Positions 37,291 through 50,487 of a stretch of 64,000 nt of DNA are shown one piece after another. The notes beneath the pieces were generated by a model. That model searched no databases and was not told the DNA's origin. It was given only the letters and a program-made list of their open reading frames with translations. The first letter of the stretch is position 1; each line of letters opens with the position of its first letter. The DNA comes from Felis catus (lineage: Eukaryota), in assembly GCF_018350175.1 (NCBI RefSeq), contig NC_058369.1:21516001-21580000 (forward strand). Direction: 5' to 3'. The position numbers and the translations under genes were made by a program.

Positions 37291-38304
37291 TTTCATACAA
37301 AGCACATGTGTTGAAGGCTTCATAACCAGTTATGTTTGCCACAGTACTATCTTGAACAGTGGGAAACCAGATAACCTGTATATCTACCAAATGGGAATGG
37401 GATGACCAATACACTATGATACACCTATACTAGGATATACTCTACAATCATTAGAAGAATTTAGGTAGATCCATAAAAGCACATGGGAATGTTATCTATG
37501 CTGCTGAGTGGAAAAATCACATGAAGGGCATTATATTAACTTTTTAAAACCCTGTGTCCATTGTTTACTTGACTACGTGACTTTTAACAAATGACCTAAC
37601 TCATTTGTGCCAATGGCATCACTTGTAAAAGAGGGAGAATAGTGCTGTACCTACTTCAGAGGACTGCTATGAGGATAAGTAAGACAATCCATGAAGAGCA
37701 CTTAGCATAAAGCTGAACACATGTAAATTCTGAGTTAATATTAACTTTACACAATGTTGACTGATTCGAGTTCCTATGGCACTTAGTGCATCATCTCTAC
37801 ACAGAACACCCTATCACTACATCATGGGTTTGACATAGCAAAGTCAGTGCTACGTAAATATCTGTTGGTTCACTAGGTTTTGAAGATGGCATCCACTTCT
37901 TATATTCATAAACTCTTGAAATATTCCAGAATATTTTGTGCAAAGAGCCACCTAGTACAAAATGATAATATATGGGGAAATATTGAATACATAATATATT
38001 CAAATATAGAATATAGAATAATCAAAGCCAAAGGCAAGAGAAAATGAAAACCACAAGTCTTATGAAGCTGAAAGCTAAGGCTATGATATTTGTTTTCAAA
38101 CTTACAACATCACTAAGATTTTAACCAATGAACAATCAGTTCATCATCTTAATAGGATTATGAGAAATAAACTGCTGAAGCTTTTTGCTGTAGAACATCT
38201 GTTAAATCTCTTTCTTTATTGCTAGTAGGCTCTCTTTCTATGCAATGAAGGGGGGAAAAACAGTAAAATATCCAGGAGCTTAGAATATAGAAATTTTGTA
38301 AAAA

Positions 38305-38512
38305 AACTTTTTTAACATTTATTTATTTTTGAAAGAGAGAGAGAGTGTGAACGGGGGGCAGGCAGAGAGAAAGGGAGACACAGAATCAGAAGCAGGCTCC
38401 AGGCTCTGAGCTGTCAACACAGAGCCTGACATGGGGCTCAAACTCATGAGCAGTGAGATCATGACCTGAGCTGAAGTCAGATGCTCAACCGACTGAGCCA
38501 CACAGGTGCCCC
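38305..38512 (-). mobile_element. Can-SINE
   Basis: Reverse SINE body. tagaatat(a/g)gaaattt on both flanks. Confidence 0.9.
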
Positions 38513-39694
38513 TAGAATATGGAAATTTAACTCACTTTTCATTATTTCCTTTTGTTTCATTTATTTCCTATTCATATTAAATTGTTTTACTGTCTTTGTT
38601 CATTTTATCACTGATTTTGGTGATAATTTCTCTTGTGGTGACCAGAACACATTAGAGTTACTCATTTAAATAAGTTATCATGAACTAACTGATCTGAACC
38701 TTGCTCATCTTATTTAGAATATTTCAGTGAGGGGCGCTTATATTACCCTATGCCTCTACTACCAGGCTTCACGTTGATGCACTTTGTTTTGAAGGCTAAG
38801 ATTAAACACTGAGTAAGACCATTTATTACATGGGAAAAGTTACAATGATGCAACAGAGATTTCTGTAGGATGGATCCTCAGCCAAATGATTTAACAAATC
38901 CAACATAAATAACTCTTAAAGCACTTAGGAAGAAGGATAGGAACTCAGTGTGATTCCAGAGATATGTATCCAGTACATATAGTAGTTGCAAAAAAAACAA
39001 AAAACAAAAAACAAAAAAAACAACACTTTAATTCAGTAGGTTATTTATGAGGTAGTTAAAAGGAAAATTCCCATTGAAATGTTTGAATTTTCACTCCTAT
39101 CCCTCAACTTAACAGATGGAAGTCCAGTAACAATTTCAACTATGCTGTTAAATATGGTAAATGCAAACAATTCAGCAAATTAGATGCTCCATTTTGGGCA
39201 TATTTGCAAAGTAGATGCCCTTACAGCAAATGCTAGTGGTAGAGTCACGGTGGTTTTTTGTTCCCCAACAGATATAGATCCCTGCTGGCTTTTTACTCTC
39301 TCCCATAGTCCATCATCACTCCCTGACCTTGTATACATCTTATCTGACAGGCTCCCTAAATTAAATGTTTTGCTTCCATCTGTCAAATGTCAATGTAATT
39401 TGATTATTAAGGATAGAAATCTTCCATTGTTTCATTAAGTTGTTTATTGCTGTTGTTTTTTAACCCACTGCTCCGTGTCTAACTAGGGAGATTAAAAAAT
39501 AAATTAAGTCTAATAAAGTCAATCTTAGCCACTCACATCATCTAAATTAAATCTGACCCTAATTGAACTTTTCCATGGTTATGTAAACCCAACACAGGGC
39601 ATGTCTATCTCAATTGAACAAATCAGTACTAATGAATTTATAAAACCAAAAGAACTTCTAAACAATACCCAGAACTCAAGAATACCCTAAATTT

Positions 39695-40810
39695 TTAAGG
39701 TGTTCAACGTCACTAATCATGAGAAAAATGCCAATCAAAACCACAATGAAGTATCACCTCACACCTGTTACAAAGCTATTATCAAAAAGACAAGAAAACA
39801 AACGTTGACAAGGATGTGGGAAAAGGGAATCCTTGTGCACTGTTGGTGGGAATGTAAATTGATGCAGCCACTGTGGAAAACCGTATGGGGGTTCCTCAGA
39901 TAATTACAACTAGAAATAACATATGATCTAGCAATTCCCCTTTTGGGTATTCAAAGGAAACAAAAACACTAACTCAAAAAGATATCTAAACTCCCATATC
40001 CACTGCAGCATTATTTATGATAGCTAAGACATGGAAGCAACTTACGTGTCCACTGATAGATGAATGGATTTTTAAAAATGTGGTATGGGGCGCCTGGGTG
40101 GCGCAGTCGGTAAGCGCCCGACTTCAGCCAGGTCACGATCTCGCGGTCCGTGAGTTCGAGCCCCGCGTCGGGCTCTGGGCTGATGGCTCAGAGCCTGGAG
40201 CCTGTTTCCGATTCTGTGTCCCCCTCTCTCTCTGCCCCTCGCCCATTCATGCTCTGTCTCTCTCTGTCCCAAAAATAAATAAACGTTGAAAAAAAAAAAT
40301 GTGGTATACACACACATATACACACACAATGGGATATTACTCAGCCACAAAAAAGAAAATCCTGCCATTTGCAACATAGATGGACCCTGAGAGCAGTATG
40401 CTAAGTGAAATAAGTCAAACAGAGAAAGACAAATGCCATATGATCTCACACATGGAATAAAAACAAAACACCCAAACCCAAACTCATAGATACAAAGAAC
40501 AGATTGGTGACTGGCACACAAAATCGGTGACGGTGATCAAAAGGCACAAATTTTCAGTTAAAAAATATGTAAGTCCTAAAGATATCAAGTGCAGCATGAT
40601 GACTCACCGTCAACAATACCGTATCGGGTATTTCAAAAGACAGTAAATCTTAAAGGTTCTCATCCTAAGACAAAAAGTTTGTATATGTGGTGACAAGTAT
40701 TACTGAAACTTACTGTGGTCAGCGTTTTGCAATATATTCATATATTAAATCATTATGTTGTACACCCTGGACTAACACAATGTTATATCTCAATTATATT
40801 TCAATTTAAA
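39695..40810 (+). mobile_element. L1 3' end (carnivore/L1MA-type) interrupted by a young SINE
   Basis: [21 protein letters not shown] peptide and L1 3'UTR ending tatatctcaattatatttcaatttaaaaa. Confidence 0.85.
40087..40294 (+). mobile_element. Young felid SINE, 13-bp TSD
   Basis: TSD aaaaatgtggtat at 40074-40086 and 40295-40307. Confidence 0.96.
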
Positions 40811-40937
40811 AAGCTAAATTATGAGGCGGTATTTTAAAAGTGTGGTTTTAGACTAACAATGAGAAATTTTTAAGTAAAATATGGCATAAGCATACAATGT
40901 AATACTACATGGCCATTAAAAATTGTGTTAGAGAAGT

Positions 40938-43900
40938 GGCACCTGGGTGGCTCAGTCAGATAAGCATCGGACTCTTGATTTCACTCCAGGTCATGATCTC
41001 ACGGTTCATGAGATTGAACACCCCGTCGGGCTTTGTGCTGACAAAGCGGAGCCTGCTTGGGATCCTTCCTCTCTCTGCCCTTTTGTCTCTCTCTCTAAAT
41101 AAAGAAAGAAACATTTTTTAAAAGTTGTGTTAGGGGGTGCCTGGGTGGCTCAGTCAATCGAGCATCCAACTTCAGCTCAAGTCATGATCTCACAGTTCGC
41201 AGGTTCAAGCTCTGCCATCAGGCTCTGGGCTGACAACTCAGAGCCTGGAGCCTCCTTCGGGTTCTGTGTCTCCCTCTCTCTCTCTGCCCCTCCCCTGCTT
41301 GTGTTCAGTCTCTGTCTCTCAAAAATGAACAAATGTTAAAAAAAATTTAAGAAGTTGTGTTAGAGAAATGTTTTTCTTTCCAATAAAAATCCCAAAAGGG
41401 TATTTTATTTTAAAATGCTAATTTAAAATGCATCTAAAGGAGAAAATGTACAACCCAGCTACATTTTTGTAAAAGATGATATATGATGAGATAGTTCTAT
41501 CAAAATATTAAAATAGTATGATACTAGTACAAGAAAAGACAAATACATCAGTAAAACAGGAATTAAAGAATTGGCTATCCATTCTGAGAGGCAAAAAACT
41601 GGATCCTTACTTCATGCTGCCACATAAATAAATTCCAGGCAAATTAAAAGAGCAAAACATGAAAAACAAGACTCCAAACAAATTTAAAAAATGGGAATAT
41701 GGTTATAAACCCTGGGACAGCATAGACATCCTCAAGCATTGAGGCCATAAAATGAAACATTTAAAAATATTTAAAACTTCTGACTGGCAGAAAGACAGCA
41801 TAAACAACTTTAAAAACCAAGCCCTAAGGGGATCCGGGTGGCTCAGTAGGTTGGGCGTCCAACCTCAGCTCAGGTCATGATCTACAATTCGATTTGTGTG
41901 TTCAAGTCTCATATTGGGTTTGCTGCTGCCAGTGCAGAGTCAGCTTCCAATCCCATCCCCCTCTCTCTTTGACCCTCCCCAACTCATGCACGCGCGCACT
42001 CTCTCTCTCTCTCTCTCTCTCTCTCAAAAATAAACATTAAAAAAAAAATAGTAAATACATTATATAAAAACCAAGCCATAGACTAGAAGAAAATATTTCC
42101 AGCATATATTAGACATAAAGGATTAACAGTCATAATAACAGAAAACATCTATAAATTAATAAAGAAAAAAAAGGCCAAACCTAACAGAGAACAAAAGTCA
42201 GGTACAAAGAGGAATTTTAGAGAAGAAATGCAAATGATCAATAAGCATACAAAAACATGTTCAATGTCAAAGGCTAAAATGAGGTATTTTTCATTCAGAT
42301 TGACAAAAATAAAAGATTAATAACATCCAATATAGGTGAAATTACGGAGAAATGGATGTTGTCACTACTAGTTGAAGAGCACAAATGGGTATAACCCTTT
42401 TAGAGAGAAATTTTATTCCATAAAAAAATTTAACTTGCATTCTGTACAAACCAAGCAATTCCATTTCCAATATCTATTTCAGAAAAATATCCAAAGAGGG
42501 GGTGCCTGGGTAGTTCAGTCGGTTAAGCAACTGATTCCAGCTTGGGTCACGATCTCGTGGTTCCTGAGTTCAAGCCACGCATCAGACTCTGCACTGACAG
42601 CTCAGAGCCTGGAGCCTGCTTTGGATTCTGTCTCCTTCTCTCTCTCTGCCTCCCCTCCTCTGTCATGCTCTGTCTTTCCCTATCCCTCTCTCTTAAAAAT
42701 AAATAAGCATTAAAAAAATTTAATACCCAAAGAAGATAAAGAAATAAGCAGCATAACATTTTTTTAAAGTTTATTTATTTTGAGAGAGAGCGTGAACAGG
42801 GAAGGGGCAGAGAGAAAGGAAGAGAAAGAATACCAAGCAGGCTCTGCATTGTCAGTGCAGAGCCCAATGCAGGGCTTGACCTCACAAATCCTGAGATCAT
42901 GACCTGAGCCGAAATCAACAGTCAGACACTTAACCAACTGAACCAGCCAGACACCCTGAAGCATAACATTTTCAAAGAAAGAGGGGCACCAGGGTGGCTC
43001 AGTCACTTAAGCATCTGACTTCAGCTCAGGTCATGACCTCACGATTCAACTCATGAGTTTGAGCCCTGCGTCAGGCTCTCTGCTGTCAGTGCAGAGCCCA
43101 CTTCAGATCCTCTGTCCCGCTCTCTCTCTCTCTCTCTGCCCCTCTCCCACTCATGCACGCTCTCTCAAAAATAAATAAACATTAAAAAGTTTTTTTAAAA
43201 AGGCATGAAGTACTGATACATGCTATAATTTGGATAACTTTGAAAATATACCAAGTGAAAGAAGTCAAACACAAAAGGCCACATATTGTATGCTTCCAGT
43301 TGTATAAAATGGCCAGAACAGGCAAGTCCATAGGGACAGAAGGTAGAGTAGTGAGGGTGCCAAGAGCTAGAGGGAAAGACTACCACTATGCAGAGTTTCT
43401 TCAGGGGGCTACTGAAATACTATGAAATTAGATTGTCACAGCGGCCCTACAACTCTGAATAAAAACCATTCAGCTGTGTTGTACACAGCTAGTACACAAC
43501 TAGTACGACATTGTATATCAACTATACTTCAATAATAAAAAAAAACACTCTGGGGGCGCCTGGGTGGCTCAGTCAGTTAAGCGGCCGACTTCAACTCAGG
43601 TCACGATTTCGCGGTCCATGAGTTCGAGCCCCGCGTCGGGCTCTGGGCTGACAGCTCAGAGCCTGGAGCCTACTTCACATTCTGTGTCTCCCTCTCTCTC
43701 TGCCCCTCCCCTGCCCATGCTCTGTCTCTGTCTCAAAAATAAATAAACGTTAAGAAAAAAAAAAAACACTCTGCACTACTGTACACTTTAAATGAATGAA
43801 TTTCATGGTATGTGAAGTGTATCTTGATCGAGTTGCAAAAAAATAAAGTCATCTGTATTAAGAACACAACTGTGGGGGCGCCTGGATAGCTCAGTCAGTC

Positions 43901-44085
43901 GAGCGTCTGACTCTTGATCTCAGCTCAGGGTCAGGTGAGACCAGGTCATGATCTCCTGTCTGGTGGGTTTGGGCCCCACATCAGGCTCTGCTCTGACAGT
44001 ATGGAGCCTGCTTGGCGTTCTGTCTCTCCCCCTCTCTGCCCGTTCCCCTCTTGCATGCACTTTCTCTCAAAATAAACCTAAAAGA
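40938..44085. mobile_element. Dense Can-SINE cluster in old L1 sequence (plus heads about 40938, 41132, 41828, 42498, 42982, 43552, 43874; one minus copy about 42760-42957)
   Basis: Eight SINE bodies read directly. Confidence 0.88.
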
Positions 44086-44679
44086 AGAACACACCTGTGC
44101 TTTAAAATAACATTATTTCCATTTTCAAATACAGAAGCTGAGGACAAGGAATCTGGGTACCATCTGGATATCCAACAGAACAAGGAGAATTTAGCTGTCA
44201 CCGGTTTGTTTTAGTTAAGGTAATGCTGTGCTTTAACCAATAAATTCCAAATTACAGTTGCTTAATCCAACAGATATTTATTTCTCACTCAGCGAAAGCC
44301 CAAACAGGTGTTCCTGAAGAGTAGGCAACTGTCCTCTACATGGTAATTCATCGAGCCAAGCGCCTTCTGACCCAGAGCGCTGCATCTTCAACACAGGTTC
44401 CCCAAATCATTTAGCATAGGGATCATTCATGTAGGTTTTCTTGATCCAGGGCTTCTACCCACATTCTATTGTTAAAATTCGGTCACATGACCCCATCTAA
44501 CTACAAGGGAAGCTGGGAAATATAATGCAGTACTTCCCACTATTAAATATGAGTGTTTAGAATTAGTACTACCATTTTTTAGAACTGGTATTAACAGATA
44601 CTACCAGTGATTTTGTTCAAAGAAGCCTCTATGAGTCAACAGCAGTGATACTAATGAACTGCAATGTTACTGCAATTAG

Positions 44680-45480
44680 TCAATCAATATTTGCTGAGCA
44701 CATACTATCTGCCACATACTGTGTTAGGTAAACAAATGGGGGGAATGGGGGGTGCTGCCCTCACAGATCTCACAATCTAGTGTGGGGAGACAGGTAATAA
44801 AGTATATAGTATGCTGAATGTAAATAAATGTCAGGGGCAAAAATGAGGCAAGGAAGGAGGACACAGAGTTACTACTTTCGAAAGAGTACCGAGGCCTTAG
44901 TGATGAGGTGACATTAGCCAACACCCAAGGGTACCTGGGGAAGTACATTCCAGACAGAAAGCACAAAGATCCTGAAGTGGGAGCTTGTGTAGCACTTTCA
45001 AGGCCACTGCTGTTGGAGCAGAAGGATCAAGGCAAAGATGCCAGGAGATGAGCTCAGAAAGGTACCAGGGACCAGATTATACACAAACGTGTAGGCTGCT
45101 GTGAAGATCTGGGTTTTGAGGCAGACACTGGAGGGCTTTGAGCAGAGGAGGGACATAATCTGACCTCCCTTTCAAAAGGATCACTGTGCAACTGTGTTGA
45201 GAATAGACTGTGAAGTGAGCAAGGAGCCCGGGAAGATCAATAAGAAAGATCCTGGAACAATCCCAGCGAGCGTGTTAGTGGCCAGATCCACTAGAGCATC
45301 GGTGAAAAGGGTGAGAAGGGTAGAAGGAAAACTGGATGTGCGGTGTGAGAGAAAGAGCAGCATCTGGGCTGACCCCCAAGTTTTTGGCCTAAGCCACAGA
45401 AAGGATGAAACTGCCACTTAGGGGAAAGGTTTAGAGGAGGAGTGGTTTGAGAACGAAAAATCAGGGGTTCCGATGGAGAA
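44680..45480 (-). mobile_element. L2 remnant
   Basis: Starts with the reversed L2 tail caatcaatatttgctgagcacatacta. Body motif gagggctttgagcagaggagggacataatctgacct. Confidence 0.75.
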
Positions 45481-46155
45481 TCGGGCAGTAGGATTAATTT
45501 CTTCATCATTAAAGCTTCTTTCTTTGAGTTTCCAGGAAAATTTTTTTCAATCAACAAAAGTGTAATTATTAACACTCCTTATATGAACAGTGCTTCCAAC
45601 TTATGAGCTCTTTTCATATGCCATAATTCATTCAAGCTTAATAAAAACTCTTTAAAATATCTAGAATGGCTTCAATCTTTATTTCGCACCTTGGAAACCT
45701 TCTCGTCAGCTTCAGTCCCCTCTCTCACACTTCACCTTTCTTTCCGTTAGGTTTACTGATCGATCATCCATGAAGGCATTTCATCACACCAATTCAGTAA
45801 CTTATGCTGTTTTAGTGTTTAAAATCCTAATTTCAACACCCATAAATTTTCCATTAAAAGCACCTCAATGTCAACTTTTCTAACCCTTCTTTAATACATG
45901 TCTTTCAAAAATTTCAAGCATAAATAATTTTTTAAAACTGATTCATACTATAATGATGTTGGAAATCTCATGTCAACCAATTTATAAATCCCTAGTTCCA
46001 GCTATAAGTAGGACCACTTCACAGCCCTGTTCCCTCAGCAATTGCTAATAGTGACAATATTTGTACTCTGCACCACATACCAAGATTACAAAATCATCGT
46101 TCTGACATGATCTTTCATTGTACCAAGATATGACAGTAGCATTTAAAAATCATTT

Positions 46156-46525
46156 TTTTAACTTTGTTTTATTTTTTAAAATTTACATCCAAATTAGTTA
46201 GTATATAATGAAGCAATGATTTCAGTAGATTCCTTAATGCCCCTCACCCATTTAACCCATCCCCCCTCCCGCAACCCCTCCAGCAACCCTCAGTTTGTTC
46301 TCCATATTTATGAGTCTCTTTTGTTTTGTCCCCCTGTTTTTATATTATTTTTGTTTCCTTTCCCTTATGTTCATTGGTTTTGTCTCTTAAAGTCCTCATA
46401 TGAGTGAAGTCATATGATTTTTGTCTTTCTCTGACTAATTTCACTTAGCATAATCCCCTCCAGTTCCATCCACGTAGTTGCAAATGGCAAGATTTCATTC
46501 TTTTTGATTGCTGAGTAATACTCCA
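46156..46525 (-). mobile_element. 5'-truncated felid L1 3' end, 12-bp TSD
   Basis: Reverse copy of the same 3'UTR as 21200-21600. TSD taaaaatcattt at 46144-46155 and 46526-46537. Confidence 0.93.
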
Positions 46526-47024
46526 TAAAAATCATTTCTTTATCCTTATCCTATAAACTGGAGAAATGGTAGATGTTCTAGAGTATGAATATTGTCACAT
46601 TCTTCATGGATGATGACTTTATTTATAGAAGCCAGTTACATGAGCACATGTTGAAATAGTCAATAGGTCTCTGTTCTGATTAAATAAGGAGGTATTTAGT
46701 TCCCCAACATAAACACTGCCAAAAGTGTACCAATTTCAATATTATAAAATGATTACATGAATAGACTACATTCAGTTATGAAAAGGCTTGAAACTGTTGT
46801 GTAATTTCATAGTGGCTGTTTCTCAGCCTTCTCATGTCAAATGACAGATCATTCTAACCCTACAAATGGTTGTTAACCATTTATCTAAAAAAAAAAAAAA
46901 AAAAGAAGTCCTATATGAGTACTTACTGTGTATGTGCCTAGTACTTTTTGTGTGTTATATAGTAAATAAAACACTGCTGATAATATATGGTATGCATAAG
47001 TGTTAACTATTTTCAAATTCTATC

Positions 47025-47180
47025 TTATTTAATCCTAACCACTCTATGTAGCCTATACATGGAACCCCATTTTACAGATGAGGAAACTGAGGCTCACAGA
47101 AAAGAAATAACCTGTCAGTTCTTTTAGTAAGCAAACAGCAGGGGCAGGATGTGAACCCCAGTCTGACTCCAGAGCCTGAA
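47025..47180 (-). mobile_element. MIR
   Basis: MIR core ccccattttacagatgaggaaactgaggctca. Confidence 0.85.
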
Positions 47181-48483
47181 CCCCTCTAGACTTCCATCCA
47201 GGCTTTCCTCAGAGATCAGGCAGTGAGGGCGACTGTGAGGTGTGTCTCCTGTACCATAATGTGATGGCTCCACATAACTTACACTCTAGTTCTTTTGTTT
47301 GTTATTTGTTCAACTACAAAGCTCTATATTGTTCTAGTAGAATGGGGAATAGCCAGGAGTCTGGATGGCACCTAAGTGTTACCATTTATGAACTTCTTCT
47401 GAAATGTTATTCTAGTAGGTCCTTAAACTAGTTCCTATGAAATAAAAGCCTAATTAAAATAAAATCTCTGAATTACTGAATACTTGTGAAAAGAAAAACA
47501 GAAGGCCCTTATTCTTTAAGTGACATGATAAACTAATCTTGAAGTGTTTCCAGAGAAAAGGATTTAAAAGAATTTATGTAATTTATGACACTTTTTTGCT
47601 TCGAGTGTTAAGATTAAAGTTTGTTCACAAAGAGGTTAAAATTCCAGTTTACCTCTGTATGCACCAAGAAACTACATTCTTCATAGCTCTGCACAAAGTT
47701 AAGCTCAGTCCACATCTACCTCTCCAATTCTGTAAATCACACTCCGAGTAGCCTTGCTAAGTCCTTCCCTCTCTCTTCCCCTTGCCCTGAATCCTGCATC
47801 TGTTTAGCATGGCAAAGCCCCGTTCCACGTAATGGACTGCACTCAGTCAGTCCACTCCTTGCTGTCAGAAAACTGTGTTCTGGGTCTTCTGTATGGCTAT
47901 ATGACCTGGTCCTGGCTACAAAAGAAGAGAAAGTATGCTGGGGAGCTTCTGGGAAATATACCCTCACTCTCAATGAGAGAAGAAAGATAGTTTTAATATA
48001 TGGATTACGCATTCTACTTCTCTTGGGGCTCTTTCAGTGCTAGATGTGGGTATAACACCAGCATGTAAACTCCATGAGGACATGCATCGTTTCATTCAAC
48101 TGATATTCCTGAATGCCTATCAGATGCCAGGCTCTGTGCTGGGCAGCAGAGAGACTAATAATGTCCCTGCTCCTAAAACATAGCTAGCACTCAATTAATA
48201 TCTGTTGAATTAATGAACTGCAAATTAAAATGATCAATTACTGAACCCCAACTTTGGTAGAACCATTTTTAAATTGTAAAACTTGTAACTGTAACTGAAA
48301 CTAATATTCAGATAATTGTATATATTGCACCTCTAGACCAAGCAGTTTTTGCTATATGGCCAAGTAAACACATACATACTTCTTTTTCTTGATACCAAAG
48401 AATATGTATGCAAAAAGTACTGGCAGGCAATCATACTTATTATAAGCAATTTTCGATGTCTCATCAAAAAATGTATGTGTGCA

Positions 48484-48686
48484 GGGGCGCCTGGGTGGCT
48501 CAGTCAGTTAGGCATCGACTCTTGGTTTCAGCTCAGGTCATGAGCTCACAGCTGGGGAGGATTCTGACCCCACATCGGGCTCTGCACTGACAGTGTGGAG
48601 CCTGCTTGGGATTCTCTCTTCCTCCCTCTCTCACTCTCTGCCCCTCCCCCGCTCCCTCTGTCTCTCTCAAAATAAATAAACTTAAA

Positions 48687-48719
<33 letters not shown>
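48484..48719 (+). mobile_element. Can-SINE followed by a (GT)n microsatellite (about 48690-48719)
   Basis: SINE head ggggcgcctgggtggctcag; GT repeat read directly. Confidence 0.9.
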
Positions 48720-48720
<1 letters not shown>

Positions 48721-50254
48721 ATGCGTCCGCACGCATGCTAACTGAAAGAGAAAGTGCCTGTTTAGTATTAATTTTGCTATACCTCTAAGGAATATGTTTA
48801 AAGAGAAGTAGTCAATGAAAATTTAAATCAAAATTCAAAATCTGATTAAAAACAAAACTATCGTGAAAGGTAAAAAGGGAAAGTCAGAGCTAGGAATAAA
48901 ATAATGAACATTTTTTAACTATTCATGAATTTTGATATCCTTATTCCCCTATTCTCCCTCCAATTACCATGCAAGAAGAATAAGTCACATGACTGTAATT
49001 TGGATATCTGGTAAAGGTGGCCTAAAACTCCCAGACAGTTAATCAAATTTACATTAAGCTAGAAGGGAGTCTGGCAGTGGGACAGAATAATACTTAAAAG
49101 GGACTGATCGTCAAGAGACCAAGAGACACTAATATAGTTTAACTGTAGAGCTCAGCTACAGGCCGAATAAACAGAAACCAGAAATAAAGGCCTCCAAATG
49201 TTTTTCAAGTTCTTAGCTCAAGGTTAAGGAATTGACCACAAACCGAAAAGATCCAGAAGTTCAAATCAGGCCTAGAACGTTACTTAATTGTCTTCACCTT
49301 CCAAATAGTTACCCATGTGCTCATCTCATTATAGGTAGCCCCCAGTGAGGGGAAGAGGGAGGGTCTGAAAACTCCCTGATAACTACGTTAGAAATCAGAA
49401 AGGCAGGTCAATGAGAGGAAACAGCAAGTACACATACACACTCCAGGAAAAAAAAGCCTGTATCAGATGAGGCCAAAACAAACCTCAGTGTGACAGTCCA
49501 CATTGCTCTCTCCCTCTAAATTCCTAGTGGCCTTAGATGTGTTACTTTATTGCAAATTCTCTGGTACATGAACTGTTGGAAGTAACATAAAAGCCAATTC
49601 TATTTCGTTAAAAGCAGACTATTCTCTTGAAGAGAATGAGAATCAACAGAAGCTAAATAATGAGTACAACTAAATTTGTTCTACCCAAAGTTCAGGACAG
49701 TAAGTATCTTTAAAAACATCACTCAGCAAAACCAGTAGAGGTGCTCAGAAGGGAATCCAGGTCTCTTTGACTCTGTGCCTTTGTCTTCGCCACTTGGGCA
49801 AATGCTTCTCTGGACAATGGACAAGACTCCTAGCTGGGGAGTGGCAAGTAGCGATAATGGACTAGACAAACCATAAAAAGGAGACTCAGCTTAAGTTCCC
49901 CAGGCTATCATTTTGCTAGCTCAGCTTCCCTAACTGTTACATAGGGAATATACATATATTGAGGGGTTCTGAAGACTAAAGCAGAATTTACATAGAATAG
50001 AGCACCACACAAATAGTAGGCACCTAATAAATCCTATTCATTAGATTATTAGAAATATGTCTACACCCTTATATTCCCATACAGTTGTGTCTTTTCAGCT
50101 AAGGAAGTTAGGGGTCATAAATTTTAGAGGTGACTGAACCAAAAGTACAGGATGTTTAATAAAAAATTTTAAGTGGTTAACTTAGCCTTCTAAAGGGCAG
50201 AAAATCAAGATGTAAGAATGATCAACACCGTATCAAAAGTAACCAGACAGTCCT

Positions 50255-50487
50255 GATAAGGAAGCATGAGGCCTCAGGAGCCAGACTGGTGGGTATGAGT
50301 CCCAGGTGCATGCCTGCTTGCTGTGTGGCCTTGGACAAGTTGTATCACCAATTTATGCCTCAGTGTCATTATCTATAAAATGGAGATGTTAACAATGGCA
50401 CCTATCTCATAGTTACTCTGATTATTCAATCCATTAGTGCATGTAAAAGTTTATGGCACAGTAAGCCCTCAGTGCAGATTAGCTATT
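50255..50487 (+). mobile_element. MIR
   Basis: ggagccagactg...gtggccttggacaagtt...gcctcagtgtcattatctataaaatggag. Confidence 0.75.
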
